A stretch of DNA of 64,000 bases, from NCBI RefSeq assembly GCF_001447785.1, contig NW_015168678.1, positions 1 through 64,000 of the forward strand, read 5' to 3'. Every line of letters starts with the position of its first letter. Position 1 is the stretch's first letter. The notes under the pieces are model-generated. The model saw only the letters and a program-made list of their open reading frames with translations, was not told where the DNA came from and did not search any database. This document shows positions 49,546 to 62,729 of this stretch, one piece after another. This DNA is from Gekko japonicus. Its lineage: Eukaryota. The position numbers were made by a program, and so were the translations under genes.

Positions 49546-49878
49546 CATTATTTCTTCCCTCATGGAGAAAAACGTGACAGAACTGTTGTGGCTGCTGGAA
49601 ATAAATACGTACATAAATGGTGGTGGGCAGGTTTGAGCAGGTGCCTCTTGATTAGCCTAGCAAGCAGCAAGTGATAAATTTCAAGGCTAGATTTAAAGGT
49701 CTATTGTTTGCCATCAGTTCAGGAGGTAATTTAATTTATAATGATTGCAGTTTGTTTTTTAATCTCTTTCACAAAGGACACTAGTCAAATTTTTAGAAGA
49801 ATATTCAAATACTAAAATATGTCAGTATTGATGATGATGATAAGAGATTCTTGTTGCACTTTTTGTTTCCTCTTATAG

Positions 49879-49936
49879 CTGCACAGGATTCTTGTCCAGA
49901 AGTCACACAATGGCTCTTGAAAGATGGCTTTCACAG
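49879..49936 (+). CDS. PIGX: PIGX coding exon 2
   Basis: ttatAG|CT GCA..SAQDSCPEVTQWLLKDGFHR; donor AG|GTGAGT. Confidence 0.88.
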
Positions 49937-50528
49937 GTGAGTTCCTGACAACCAGGTATTAAACAGTGCTTCTGTTCTAATGGTTATAAAGACTGAAATC
50001 CTTCAAACTTTTTCACCCATCTAACTAGTCAATATGCATATGATCAAATGAACAAGTGAGCTGATGATTTATGCTAAATAAAATGGACTTGTGGTAGGTA
50101 TGTAATTGTCAATATAAGTTCCAGGCTGTGCTTGGCCATATGGATTTATAAGTTGTTCCGTCTACTACCTAGTTCTGTTGAAGTTGTACACTATACAGTC
50201 ATTGCACATGCTGAACTAGACAGGGAGCACTTCTGAGCTACAGTCCTCCACTAGTATAGAGAGGACAACAATGCTTTATAGTGTGAATGTGAACAGGGAT
50301 GAAAATAGAACATAAAATCTGATTTTATAAGTGCATGTTAAGAAATGAGTTCAGTGGGGAGGACTGCAACCCTAGAACACAATAGCAGTAGTATAACATA
50401 CAGTTTCAAGCATACATGCCGAAGTGAAAATGTTATTCCTTTGAGAGCGTTTGTTTGAAATCTTTGGCGTGAATTTAACATGCATTGGAAGAGCTTTTAA
50501 ATTGTCTTTTTCTTTTTCTTAATGTTAG

Positions 50529-50670
50529 AGATCTCCTGAGTAGGGTAAAACTCGGTACAGTTGATGAAGGCACAGGAAGCTGCATGGTGGCAATTAAAAT
50601 TCACCTTCCAAAAGGATTATATGTGGACCCCTATGAACTGATGTCTTTAAATAGACATAATATTACTGAG
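50529..50670 (+). CDS. PIGX: PIGX coding exon 3
   Basis: DLLSRVKLG..HLPKGLYVDPYEL..NITE (PIG-X/PBN1 motif); donor GAG|GTATGA. Confidence 0.92.
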
Positions 50671-51349
50671 GTATGACTTTGGGTTGATGTTCAGCCAAGG
50701 GAAGATAATTTGGGGAAAATACACAAAATGGCTTCCAGTAAATATACACACAGTTCCAGTGACATACTAGCACTCAGCTCTTGTTGGATGGAGATAGATT
50801 ATGTACCATACCCCCAATCTGTAAGTATCCTAAACTGAATTTAATCAAGTGGAAGTTGATGTATTTGATCTTTTTCTCTCTTTGAAGAGCATTTCTTTTA
50901 CATTTTTAGGTTTTTGAGGTTGAAGTAACCTTAATATTTGAAATATTTATCATCTTGCATATCTGTTGTTTGATGGAACTGTAACTCTCCAGTACCAATT
51001 TTTATGAAAATACCTTAAACAATTACTTCAGGTTTAGAGGACAGTGCTCCCAGTTTAGAGGAAATCCTCAAATGTTTACCAGGCTTTTATTCATTAAAGC
51101 AGTTTTGTGAAGAAAAAATGATTTCTCAAAGGTTTTTTTCAAAAGTAAAATGTGAAGTAATTGGGCTTCACTCAGGTGAAGACCACTGAACAACAGTGTT
51201 ATGAAGATACAAGGGAGGGTTCTCATAATGTTACTGAGAATGACGACTCTAGTGTTGTATTTTTGTGCTCATAGTTTTACAGTGCAAGCATAAGCAAGTC
51301 TATTCAATAAGGATTGCTCCCAGGAAAGTCTTTTTAGGATTACATTGGA

Positions 51350-51673
51350 ACGAAGTTTGAGTCCAGTGACCCCTTTAAGACCAAGTTTTATTCAAGGTAT
51401 AAGCTTTCATGTGCAAGCACACTTCTTCAGATAAAATGAAGCAATTTCCTTAACAAAGTTCTGTTCAAGGTAAAAGCTTTTGTGTGCAAGCACATTTCTT
51501 CAGATACAGTGAAACAGAATTTCCTCAACTGTTACGATTGAGGAAATTCTGTTTCACTTTACTTGAAGAAGTGTGCTTGCACACATAAGCTTATACCTTG
51601 AATAAAACTTGGTCTTAAAGGTGCCACTGGACTCAAACTTTGTTCTGCTGCTTCAGGGCTACCCACCTGAATT
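51350..51673. mobile_element. Penelope-like termini in tandem plus inverted arrangement
   Basis: 51351-51430 is inverted relative to 51563-51642; 51455-51528 is inverted relative to 51538-51610. Confidence 0.8.
51397..51433 (-). ncRNA. Minimal type I hammerhead ribozyme-like motif
   Basis: UAU-CUGAAGA-A-GUGUGC UU GCACAU-GAAA-GCUU-AUAC: intact CUGANGA and GAAA core, stem II, palindromic stem III, short stem I. Confidence 0.6.
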
Positions 51674-51979
51674 TTGGATTGTATTGTTAAAGATACAAAT
51701 AAAAAGTGGTTAAAAAACCCATTGAAGATATGAGCTTTTATCTTTCCAGAGAGATGAGATAACTGACTGCTTTGGGCATTCTGAAAGATCTGCATAGCAA
51801 ATATTTGACCTTTGACCCCTTTGTCAGTTTTCAGCTGAATCTTTACTTACATTGTTAAGGCACAAGTACCAGAATATGACACTGGCATCAGCCTTGGGGC
51901 TTTTCAGTGAGTCAGGTAAACGTTGATACTAATCTCTACAACATGATTGTGCTTTTTTATTATGCTTTTTTGTGTGCAG

Positions 51980-52193
51980 GCTTTGGAGATTGGTGATTAT
52001 ATAGATTTGGAAGTTCCTGAGTATTTAGCCACTGAAACTGATGTTCTCGTTTACATGAAGCCTGATCCTGAATGCTATTACTGTTTTAGAGCAATGTTAC
52101 CCGTGCACTGCCGATATCACCAACCAGCAGAGGTTGATGGAAAAATCTCTGCCATACTGAAGAATCCAGAAATATTGGTCCACTGCCAGAAAC
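51980..52193 (+). CDS. PIGX: PIGX coding exon 4
   Basis: ALEIGDYIDLEVPEYLA..LPVHCRYHQP..NPEILVHCQK; donor C|GTAAGA. Confidence 0.93.
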
Positions 52194-52433
52194 GTAAGAA
52201 ACACTGACCACCTGCTTTTGGGAATGAGAAAGGGGTAACAAGAGGAACAGGAATTAAAAAGGCACTTTGGAATCATAAATCTTGGGGGTGGGGTCTTATA
52301 TTTCAGTAGAACTATGAGGGAGAGACCTAAGCAGGCATTCTGAATTGAGGAAAGGAGTACTTAAAATTTAAAGTGAAATGATTTCCGCGGTATTAGGTTT
52401 GATTCTTGTGGTTTTTTACTTTATTTCGCCTAG

Positions 52434-52534
52434 GCTTGCTATCAATGGAATGTTTGAAAGAAACCAAAATAGAAGAACCATGTTCTCGCAAGAATATGCA
52501 TAACTGCCATTGGGACAGCGTGAAGTTCCAACTA
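52434..52534 (+). CDS. PIGX: PIGX coding exon 5
   Basis: cctAG|GC; RLLSMECLKETKIEEPCSRKNMHNCHWDSVKFQL; donor CTA|GTACGT. Confidence 0.88.
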
Positions 52535-53679
52535 GTACGTTGATTATTCCTAAAATATATTGCTATATTAAATGTCCATAATGATCCTGAAATTAATTTA
52601 TTTCCGTCTATTGACAGTAGATTGGATCTTATTCCAGACTAAATTGGCAATTTCCACCACTTCCTCCTACACTTACCCCTTATGTCACTCCTCAGGGTCA
52701 CTTATCCCTCAGGAACAGAATTTTTTGTAGGTTAGTGGGCTGTGGTTGTATGGCGGAGGCAGGAAAGTTCCATTCTGTCACTGGAACATCTGGTTTCGAT
52801 CCAACCCAGCAAAAAGTAACTTGGGCTTGGGATTGTATATCTTTGCTCTATATGCACTTCTCTCTGGCACTGTGGAGGCAATCCTCTGTGGTGCTTTCTT
52901 TCTTTGGCATTAGGCACTTCTGTGAGCACAGTTTCCAGTGTTTCTGTGAGCCCAAAGTACCTAGCACAGAGGTTGTAAATGCCACAATGGAGGATTGCCT
53001 CTGCAACACCCAAAGATAAATGTGTGGGGGGCAGAGGTATAGGATTCAAGCCCAAGGATACGTTCTTGAACACAAGTTAGATTGCTTCATGCTGACTTTT
53101 GTGTACTACTTGAGCACAAGATTGTAGTCCAAGTTTCCATATGGATAGGCTGGTTTATGGGAGATGTTTGTCTTCCACATTATTGTTTTAGTGCTGTACG
53201 AATTAAATATTAAAGGAGGTTGATGTAGAGAACCTTTTAAAATAGAAAGTGCTGAAACAGATGGCTAGACTACAGTACTTAAGCTAGAAGTCATTTGAAA
53301 ATGGTAAGAGTCCAGTAGCACCCAATAGCAGGTGTGGTATGCAGAGAGGTAGCAATGTTGATTTCTCCATGCCTACTACCTCTGTGCATGCCACACCTAA
53401 TCCAATCACACCTGCTATTCTTTTGCCTGCTAATGTCATTTGGCATCTGAAATCACTCCATTTTCCAATATATAGGACAGATAGACTCATATTCTAGCTG
53501 CATCTGAAAACTCATGAAAGCTCATACCCTACCACAAATTTTATTAGTCTTTCAGGTGCTACTGAACTCTTACTCTTTTCTAACTTTTACAGACCGACTA
53601 ACACGGCTACCCATCTTGTTCAAATATGGGTTATATGAAATATAAAGAGTTTGTCTTTTAATTTTCCTTTTCCTTTTAG

Positions 53680-53838
53680 GTAAACCAGGAACTGGAATTG
53701 CAAATACCAGTTGGGCTCAAACATCATGTTACCTTAGTATGCACAGGGACTCTTGTTACTACTATATTGTGCTCCAGCCTTATTCTTTCATCTTTATTAA
53801 AGCATGGAGAGTTCTTGTTTGTTCAGAGCTCACTGTGA
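53680..53838 (+). CDS. PIGX: PIGX coding exon 6 (TM helix, stop)
   Basis: ttttAG|GTA AAC; VNQELELQIPVGLKHHVTLVCTGTLVTTILCSSLILSSLLKHGEFLFVQSSL*; total 253 aa. Confidence 0.92.
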   Translation, partial: VNQELELQIPVGLKHHVTLVCTGTLVTTILCSSLILSSLLKHGEFLFVQSSL

Positions 53839-55565
53839 AATGAAACAAGACTTTATTGAATCTTCATGGAAAAACTGTCAAACTGTCTAAACAGACCAAT
53901 CAAACAAGATATGGGAAGTGAAGAACAGTCTTGTGATTGGCACAGCATCACTATTTGTTCTGTACTTTGATTCTGTTAGAGAAATCTGTTCCCCTGGGTT
54001 GAGCAATCTGATAAAATGAGCTCTGACTCATAAATGCTTATTCTGGAATAAATTCTGTTAATTTTCTAGGTGTCACTGGATTTGTGTTTTATTTTTCTGC
54101 TAAAGACTTACATGGCTGCTAATCTGGAACTAATAAAACCTGTAACTCCCTGCCTATTACAGGTATTTATCTAGCTTAGCATATCTAGTGAATTGTATTT
54201 TTCCTGATTAGACTTGAATTTTATATTAAAATTTGAGCATTACATTATTATTACATTTCACTCTATACTTCCGACATTTCTTCTTGAACAACTATGTGTC
54301 TGTCTTTTTCAAACCAGCTACCTCCTATATAAAATTAATGCAAAATGAGAATCTATATGTATGTCTGAATAATGGAAGCTCTTGCTAAGCTTCATTAGCG
54401 ACTGGGGGAGAGAAGATATAAATCTATTAAAATAAATAAAAAAGCTTAACCTGGGGGAAAATGTTGTGATTATACTGTCACAAGATATTCATTTATTTTT
54501 GCTTTGTACGCAGTTTAGCATCATGCAGAACAGGAGAATTTCTTTGAGCATCAGAAAAATTATCTGCTGTTAATTTTATGAATGTTTAATAAGAGAGATC
54601 AATCACGTGGACAAAATTGAATTCTATGTGGAGAAGTAACACTTTAGAATGAAGTCTCAAATGTTCATGTAAACCATATGTTGAATTAATTTGAATCCCA
54701 GAAGATGATAGAGTTGATGGAATTATTCCAAATAATGAGAGAACACTTGGAAAATCAATAGTTTTGAAAATACAAGGAAATACAGAGAGGAAATTGTTTC
54801 ATTAATGGAAAAACTGAGCAGTGCCAAAGATTACTAATTTTTCTATATTCAACAAGCTTCACATGTCACTAGGGGGCATTAAATGGCTGCTAGCATGTAA
54901 AACACGGTTCATAAAGAAAATGTGCCTATCTCCCATATTAGTAGAGGGAAGATATAAAATATCAGTAGAATAAAAGTAGGCATTTTATTTTTGTACTGCA
55001 GTACATCAGTATAACCTGAATTCATTCAGAAAGGTTATATCTCAACTGTACTGCTCTCCTTGTCCCTTTTGGTATTCTGTCTGGATTTTCATCAGAAGTT
55101 CATTAAAAAGCTTTTTTTCTGACTTCTTTCAGTCCTATGAATGAGACACTGGTCTTTTGTGCTCCTTGAACAAAGTGCTGAATGATGATAGCTGAGAGAA
55201 TGCTTTAGTGACTACCTCAGTGTAAAGACTGCTCTGCATCTGTTAGGGGGAAGGGAGCCCTTAAAACAATTGCAGAGGGATTATTTTTGTTGCTCATTAT
55301 GCTTATGAGCAGCTGTTGCTTGTGATGAGCAGTCAGTTGTGAGCCTTGACTTTGACTTCCTTTAATGTAATGTCAACTTCAGAGAGTTCTGTATTTTGCA
55401 TCTGCTCCTACCAATGCATTGAAAGGCAGTTTTTGTAATTGTGTGCTCAACCACTTCAAGTTAAATACCTTATGGTAAGATGTTATTAAAGGTGTTACAT
55501 ACATACAAGTGGGAACTTGCAAGAAACTCGCAGGAGTGGCTATGCCATTCCTACTTATGCTTCCT

Positions 55566-55566
55566 C

Positions 55567-55597
<31 letters not shown>

Positions 55598-55600
55598 CCT
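55566..55600. repeat. (CT)n microsatellite; another at 14175-14220
   Basis: Direct inspection. Confidence 0.9.
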
Positions 55601-57306
55601 CCTCCATGCCTGTCACTTCTTTCTGTCCCCCAACTCATCACTCTTTCTTTTGTCTGTCTCTACCCCATCACTCTCTTTCTGCCTCCATTACTCTTCTGAC
55701 CTCACACGTTTCCTGCTGTGCATATCAGCAGCGGTGGAAGCGGCTCTCCAGGACTCACAACAGATCTTCCAGTTACATAAAGCAGTTTCTCTTAGAGTTG
55801 CTAGCTCCAGTTTGTGAAATTCCTGGAGATTTGGGGATAGAGCCTTGGGAGGGTAAGGTTTGGGGAAGGAAGTGACCTCAGCAGGATACAATGCCATAGA
55901 CGCCACCATTTTCTCCAGGAGAGCTGATCTCTGTCCTCTGGAGATAACTGTCCTTCCAGATCATCTCCAGCCCTCACCTGGAGGTTGTCAATGCAGTTTC
56001 CCTGGAGGAAATGGCTACTTTGGAGGGTGGGCAGGCCCCGCCCTCCCTGGCATGAGCCCAGCAGACACTGAAAGAAGAAACTATTTACCAAGCTGCCAGT
56101 AGATATTTAAACCAGTCAACTACATTTTAAATTGAGTTAATGTTTTAATGAACTGTCCTAATTAATATATCATTTTTGAAGTTTTTTTAAAAATGTTTTT
56201 GTTTCAAATTTTATATTCTGCAAACCTGGGTTTGTAGAAAGATCTGTCTTGCCTATTCACAGGTCCAGTCACTGGACTTAAGCATCCAAAGATTTGGCTG
56301 ACTTGGCTATTAGTATCTCCAGTTCCAGTGCCAAAAGATCACCTGTATGCAAATTAGCATCTAGGTGAAAATTAGTTATGTCTTTGGACAGATCTTTGAG
56401 GCTGTAATTAGATAATGGGCTATGGAGAGGGTGATATTGTTATCTTTTAACAGACAACATACATTAGATGGTAATCATGAGGAAAAAAGGAGAAGAGTGA
56501 TATTAACAGAATTAAAATTTGAACTTATTGAGGAATATAAATCACAACTAAAAAAAAAAGTGGTTCTGCCTCCATGTTTCTGCATGGGGAGGCCCTCTGT
56601 TCAATCAGGCTACCTGAGAATCTTCTGAATAATTTGTTAAGGGGTATAGCATTGTGTTGAGCCAAGAAGAAAAGTCTTTGATAAACTGGAATTGTTAAAA
56701 ATTTCAGACAATCTGGAAGGATTGGAAAAGAAAGGTACTCAGTCCCCCAAAAGAGGGTGCACATTTCCTTTCAGAGTTGCTGCATAACTCAAGGTGGTCC
56801 CTTTGTTCTAAGGTAGTAATTATGTTCATAACTAAAGGAAGTTGTGAATGAAAACTAGGGTAAGAAATACACAGATATGAGAGTCTTTAGTGTACTATCT
56901 TGTCCAGGGGAACACAAAAGGATCAAGTTTAGTCCATTTTAGGAGGTCAGGAAGAAAATCCAGGTCTAGTAAATAAAATGGAAATTTCACCACAGCCTTT
57001 CATATCATCAAAGAGATGGAAGAATGACCAGCTTCTAAATACAAGTCAGAGTTTGAAATGCAATTAGGTATTGAAAGAGGGCCTGGAGAAATTTTTATCA
57101 TAAAGATTCAGTTTTGGAAGTAAGAGCTGGAAACCAGAGTGGAGACCTGTAGAGCAGAAAAGATCTAATTTTTGCTTTGTAGACTTCCAGAGCAAAAAAT
57201 ACTAATTGCCCTTTGGAATGATTTTTTTAAAAATCTCATGGTTCCTGCTAGACGTACTTTGGTGGACTTAAGACAAGAATAATTAAATTTCTTGTTATTA
57301 AAAACT

Positions 57307-57639
57307 TAAAGGTAAAGGTTCCCTTGCTCGAAAGCCAGTCGAATCTGAGTCTAGGGTTGCGGTGCTCATCTCCGTTTCAAAGCCGAAGAGCCAGCACTGT
57401 TGGTCATGTGGCTGGCATGACTAAACACCAAGGCGCACGGAACGCTGTTACCTTCCCACCGAAGTGGTCCCTATTTATCTACTTGCAATTTCTTGCTTTC
57501 GAACTGCTGGGCTGGCAGGAGCTGGAACTAGAGATGGGAGCTCACTCCATCATGCGGCACCCGGGTCTCAAACTGCTGAACTACTGACCTTCCACAGCCT
57601 GCAGTTCAGCATCTTAACCACTTGAGCCACCGCAGCTCC
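57307..57639 (-). mobile_element. Sauria SINE, full length
   Basis: Highly similar to the 4753 copy with short deletions; TSD CTTGTTATTA (57291-57300, 57639-57648). Confidence 0.9.
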
Positions 57640-57644
57640 TTGTT

Positions 57645-58900
57645 ATTAGAAGAGGCAAAATGAAGGCCTAAATTCTTGAAATTAGACACTTGCTCAAACA
57701 AATGCCCATGCAGGATCCATGGGTCTGTTTTTTTCCATGATGGGTATTTCTGGAAACACATTACTTTGGATTTGGTGTTTATCATGGCAATAAGAAACAA
57801 ACACTTGGAGGAGGTGTCTTAATCCCACCCTTGAACAAGAAAGAAGAGCTGCATCATCTGCATAAAGTTAAAGCAGAATAAGATGTGCAGCTAGACTAGG
57901 AACATGAAAATGATTAGCATGTAATTTATTTGGGAGGTTATATATATAATAACCTCCACCACCACTAGTGTACCACCACCGCACTAGTTTACCATCTGCG
58001 CCCCATATATGGACATCTGGATAGGGGCATGTACCATCAATGCCCCATAATTGCTGCATTATGGGTGAGAGCGAGACGCCCAGGGGGGGCGGCCATCTTG
58101 TTTCTAGAAATTGTAATTTGGAAATTGGAAACTAGCTGAGTGGAGCACCAAAATTGTTTTAATGGTGATGTACTTTTAATATTTTGTACTGTTTTATTGT
58201 TTTATTTGGCGATACGCCCTGTTAGCTGCCCTGAGCCTTCGGGGAGGGCGGGATAGAAATGCGAAAATAAATAAATAAATAAATAATAAATCTAGTGCTA
58301 AAATACAACCCCGTTGAACACCTTTTGTGACAGGGACTGGGGTTGAGAGGCAACTAGTTGTTTGACATCTTATTCTCATGGCAGTTCAAGTATGTAATGA
58401 GACAATCAGATGCATAATGGTCCAGGAATTCCCAGTTGGTCTAATTTGATCCAAAGCCTTGTGCATGAAATTTTGTTGAAGACTGCCGTGAGGTCCATAA
58501 AACTCGGAAACAAATTCTCCTTAGGATACGGTGTATATTTATCAGCTACAAAGGAGAGCACATATTCATGATGTAATGTTGATGAACCTTTTTTAAAACC
58601 AATTTGTTCAGAGCCTGGAACTGATAAATTGTAAAGCTACAGAACTTTAGTTGTAGGTGCAGCATACTGTTTTTTCTGGTATGGAGAACAGGCTAATTGG
58701 TCTATAATTGGCTGGGGAGTGCTATGAGCCCTTATATGTAGGGAATAAAATAGCATCTTGCCATTTGTCAGGGACTTAGCCAGTTGAATCAATCTTGGTG
58801 AATAAGCATTGTAAAATTGGCGCCCACCAGTGACAACGGTTTTTAAAACGTTCAGGAGGCACCCAATCTGGCCTGGGGACCTTGCCAGGCTTTATTCCAA
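57645..58900 (-). mobile_element. Heavily degraded non-LTR retrotransposon RT region, interrupted by other repeats
   Basis: INTKSKVMCF..FEQVSNFKNLGLHF, PVTKGVQRGCILA, GPDWVPPE..HWWAPIL. Confidence 0.6.
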
Positions 58901-59277
58901 ACTTCCTCCATTTCAGCTGGTGAAAAATTTAGAGATTTTTTAAAAATGTAGTAAAAGGTATCTATATACTATTAGCCACTTGTGCCCCCCATCTGCAGAT
59001 AGCAAGATCTGCGAATTGGGGCCATGTGGTGACTAAACAGATTTTAAAATTGGCGCCCACCAGTGACAACGGTTTTTAAAACATTTAGGAGGCACCCAAT
59101 CTGGCCTGGGGACCTTGCCAGGCTTTATTCCAAACTTCCTCCATTTCAGCTGGTGAAAAATTTAGAGATTTTTTAAAAATGTAGTAAAAGGTATCTATAT
59201 ACTATTAGCCACTTGTGCCCCCCATCTGCAGATAGCAAGATCTGCGAATTGGGGCCATGTGGTGACTAAATAGATTT
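58812..59277 (+). repeat. Near-perfect 233 bp tandem duplication
   Basis: 58812-59044 vs 59045-59277, about 3 substitutions by eye. Confidence 0.92.
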
Positions 59278-60294
59278 TTCAGCCAACTCGGGGCACTCCC
59301 CAGGTTTACAGAAAAATATGAAAATTAAAAAACAAAAAACTTGGGGGGGTCCTCTGGCAATCAAAGGTGGCTGTGCAGCCTGGGGGTCTATGCTGGGTGC
59401 AGTCATGGCCATGCAGCCTGGGAGCTGTGCTGGGCCTGGTGGCAGCCATGCAACCCAGGATCCATGCTGAGCATGCCACTGCTGATACAGCCCAGGAGCT
59501 GCAGTGGTACAGCTCAGAGAGTCTGGGGGCCGTGCTGGGCCTGATGGCAGCAACCCCAATACTCTATGCAGGGAGAGCCTGGGGGCCATTGCTAGGTGTG
59601 AGATCAGCTGCCAAGCAGCCCAGGCCTCCAAGCTGGACCCAGTGGCAGCTGCCGGAGAGCCCAGGGGCTGCGCTAGGCTCAGAGACAGTGGGAGGTGCAA
59701 TTACCCCCTGCAAGTCCAGATCCCCACTTGTATAGATGAATTCTGAGTTGTGAAGGCCGGGAAAAAAACGGAAAAATTCGGGGGGGGGGGGACCTTGGGT
59801 TTTTCCCGTTTTTTTCCTGAAGCCTTTTTTGTTTTTTCACGAAAAATTGGAAAAATTGAAAAAAATAAAATAAAAAGATTGATTATGGAACATTCTATTT
59901 TAACATGATAAATAAAATAATTTAAACAAGGTGTTCAAATATTTTCCAAATCATTTCTAAAAAATATGTATGGTATCAGATTAATCTAATTTCTGTACAC
60001 TGAGGACAAGCAAGTCCTAGGTTACAAATTGAACTCTCCAATACAAGAACAAGATGCATTTCTTCCTTTAGGAGGTGCTATTGTCACAAGAAAAGAAAAG
60101 GTTTCAGTTTTGTTTTTGCACATGGGTGGGTATACTGGCACTCAGGCTTCACTAGGCCTCAAAGCACTGGAAGAAAATACAGAGCAACAAAAAGGACTTG
60201 AAAGTATATACTTAATTCAAAAAGGTAAGAGTTTTCATTTATCTGATTCCATTAGTTTATCTTTATAATCTTTGTGTAAATAATAATTTACATA

Positions 60295-60843
60295 AAAAAA
60301 CTAAGATCATGACATCCGGCCACATCACTCCTTGGCAAATAGCAGGAGAAGTCGTGGAAGCAGTGACAGACTTCACGTTTCTAGGATCCAAGATCACTTC
60401 AGATGGTGACTGCAGCCATGAAATTAAAAGACGTCTGCTCCTTGGGAGGAAAGCGATGGTAAACCTTGACAGCATAATAAAAAGTAGAGACATCACCCTG
60501 CCAACAAAAGTCCGTATGGTCAAAGCAATGGTATTTCCAGTAGTACTGCATGGCTGCGAGAGTTGGACTATAAGGAAGGCTGAGCGCCGAAGAATAGATT
60601 CTTTTGAATTATGGTGCTGGAGAAGAGTTGAGAGTCCCCTGGACTGCAAGGAGATCAAATCAGTCAATCTTAAAAGAAATAAACCCTTACTGTTCCCTGG
60701 AAGGCCAGATACTGAAGCTGAAGCTCAAATACTTTGGCCACTAAACGAGAAGGGAGCACTCACTGGAGAAGACCCTGATGCGGGGAAAGATTGAAGGTCA
60801 AAGAAGAAGGGGACGGTGAAGGATGAGATGGTTAGATAGTATT
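60295..60843 (+). mobile_element. BovB LINE fragment, frameshifted
   Basis: KTKIMTSGHITPWQIAGEVVEAVTDFTFLGSKITSDGDCSHEIKRRLLLGRKAM..YGCES-like WTIRKAERRRID. Confidence 0.92.
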
Positions 60844-60844
60844 A

Positions 60845-61049
60845 TGTGCGTGTGAGTTCTGTGCCCCTGGAAGTCATGGCAACCTCTGGTGACTGACCCC
60901 TACTGGGAGCCTGGAGGATATTCAGAAAGGTGGCTGAATAAAGCCTGCCCCCGCTTCCCAACTGCTGGTATTCTGGTCTCACATCCACAAATTTGCCAGA
61001 TCTGAGATTTGAAAAGATTGGGCTTGCCTGGGCTACCCAGGTCAGGGCA
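60845..61049 (-). mobile_element. 5S-derived SINE
   Basis: Same subfamily as the 19198 copy. Confidence 0.75.
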
Positions 61050-61403
61050 AGTCGGCTGAAACTTGATGAAAAATAAAAATTATCTTACTGCAAGGAAAGG
61101 AGGGAGTGTCTGAAGATCTCACAGGCTCATCTAACGGCAAATCATAGTTACTTGTTAAAGAGACTTCAGACCCATACTTGCCATGCCTCTATGTTCTCTG
61201 TCCTGGAAATATACGTTTATCTATCAATCACATTTTTACCTTGCCTTTCCTCCAAGAACCTCAAGGTAGTGTGCATGTTTTCCCACCTTCATTTTATCTT
61301 CACAACAACCTAGTGGTGTAGGCTATGTTGAGAGACAGTGACTAGATAGAGCTGCTCTGTTTTGGTCCTTTAAATTGTGTATTGAAATTAAAGAAGTTGC
61401 AAG

Positions 61404-61609
61404 CAGTGTTCCCTCTAAGCTGTGGAGTCTTGTGAGCAAAAATTCTACTTTGTGAGCAGCTGCCATTAAAGTTGTAAGCCTGAGATTTGGCCACTGCATA
61501 AATTAGTTTGCTCTGGAGTCATCCTTCCTGAGCCAAGACAAAAATGTGTGAGCTGGAGGCTAAAAAACTGTGAGCTAGCTCACACTAACTCAGCTTAGAG
61601 GGAACACTG
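61404..61609. mobile_element. hAT MITE copy 4
   Basis: Perfect 19-bp TIR CAGTGTTCCCTCTAAGCTG; perfect TSD GTTGCAAG. Confidence 0.93.
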
Positions 61610-62729
61610 GTTGCAAGTGATGATATATCTAGTTTTTTGGAGTAGTGTCAGGGAGTTTACAGCCAGATATAGGAGTAGTAGTAGTAATTTTTTTAAGGAA
61701 AAGCAGCTGTTGTAAGGAACTTGAGGTGAAATGAGAGGTCAGAGCTTCAAGGCATGTAAATAGTTTGGGAGTTAAGTGCAAGGATTCCAGCTGTCAAGGA
61801 CAACGTATATAGCTGTTCCCATTATTTTTGCTGCTGCTCCCAGTTCAGCTCTTGTGCAACACCCACCTCTCCAGTAAATCATTATCAGAGAAACAAGGGT
61901 CATAAACAGTTGCTGGAGGGTGATGGACTCTGCTAGCACCTGCAAGTACAGAGGCAACAATTCTTGCTTGACAATTAATCCGCAGTTCATTGGATGCTGT
62001 TCAGTGGATGCCAACTTTTACTTGTCAGCTGGGTTTAATGTTAGGACTGAGGTGAAAAGCATTTTTGGAATGTCAGCTAGCTATCTGAGGCCCAAACTTC
62101 TTTGTTATTTTATATTGCACACAAGTTATTCTTTCAGAGACAGCCAGAAATCTCTCAGGAGCCTGTGCTCTCTAACACACATATTGTTGAATGAGAAGTG
62201 ATTTTAGAAATACTGGTAGGAATGGATGTGTTTTCTTAACTCTTATATAAAGTGAGGGACTGAGAAAATAGATTAGACAGAGAGGGTGCTATGGATAGGA
62301 TAAAAGGAAGCATGTGCCTGTCTAGAAAAATCACCCCATTCCCAGTCTGGTGTCGCTTAACTGGAAGCACTCACTGGTGTCCGGAGTTGGGAATGGCTGC
62401 TACAGAATGAGCAAACAAAGTTTTGCTTTCTAGCTGGGCATACAAAATAAAGTTTGTCTCGTGGGAATTTTTTGTTCTCCTCCCTCAAATATTTTTTCTA
62501 TGTCACTTTATCTATGAGGGCTATTTTAAATGTTTACATGTTGCATGGTCACTGGTCATAATTGGAGAAGGGTGTGTGTGTACTGCTTTCTCTAGATTAG
62601 GGGTGACTCATGGATGGTGCTTCATGGAAAAAAGTAAAAGTCGGATCTACATGGATCCTCATGAATTAATATGATTTTTACACTGAAATGAAACAAAACC
62701 AACATCATACCGTTGCCCATATCTTACAC

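Noticed and set aside
54500-62700. PAK2 exons expected after PIGX
   Set aside because: No PAK2-like coding sequence or CpG-island first exon recognised in this window
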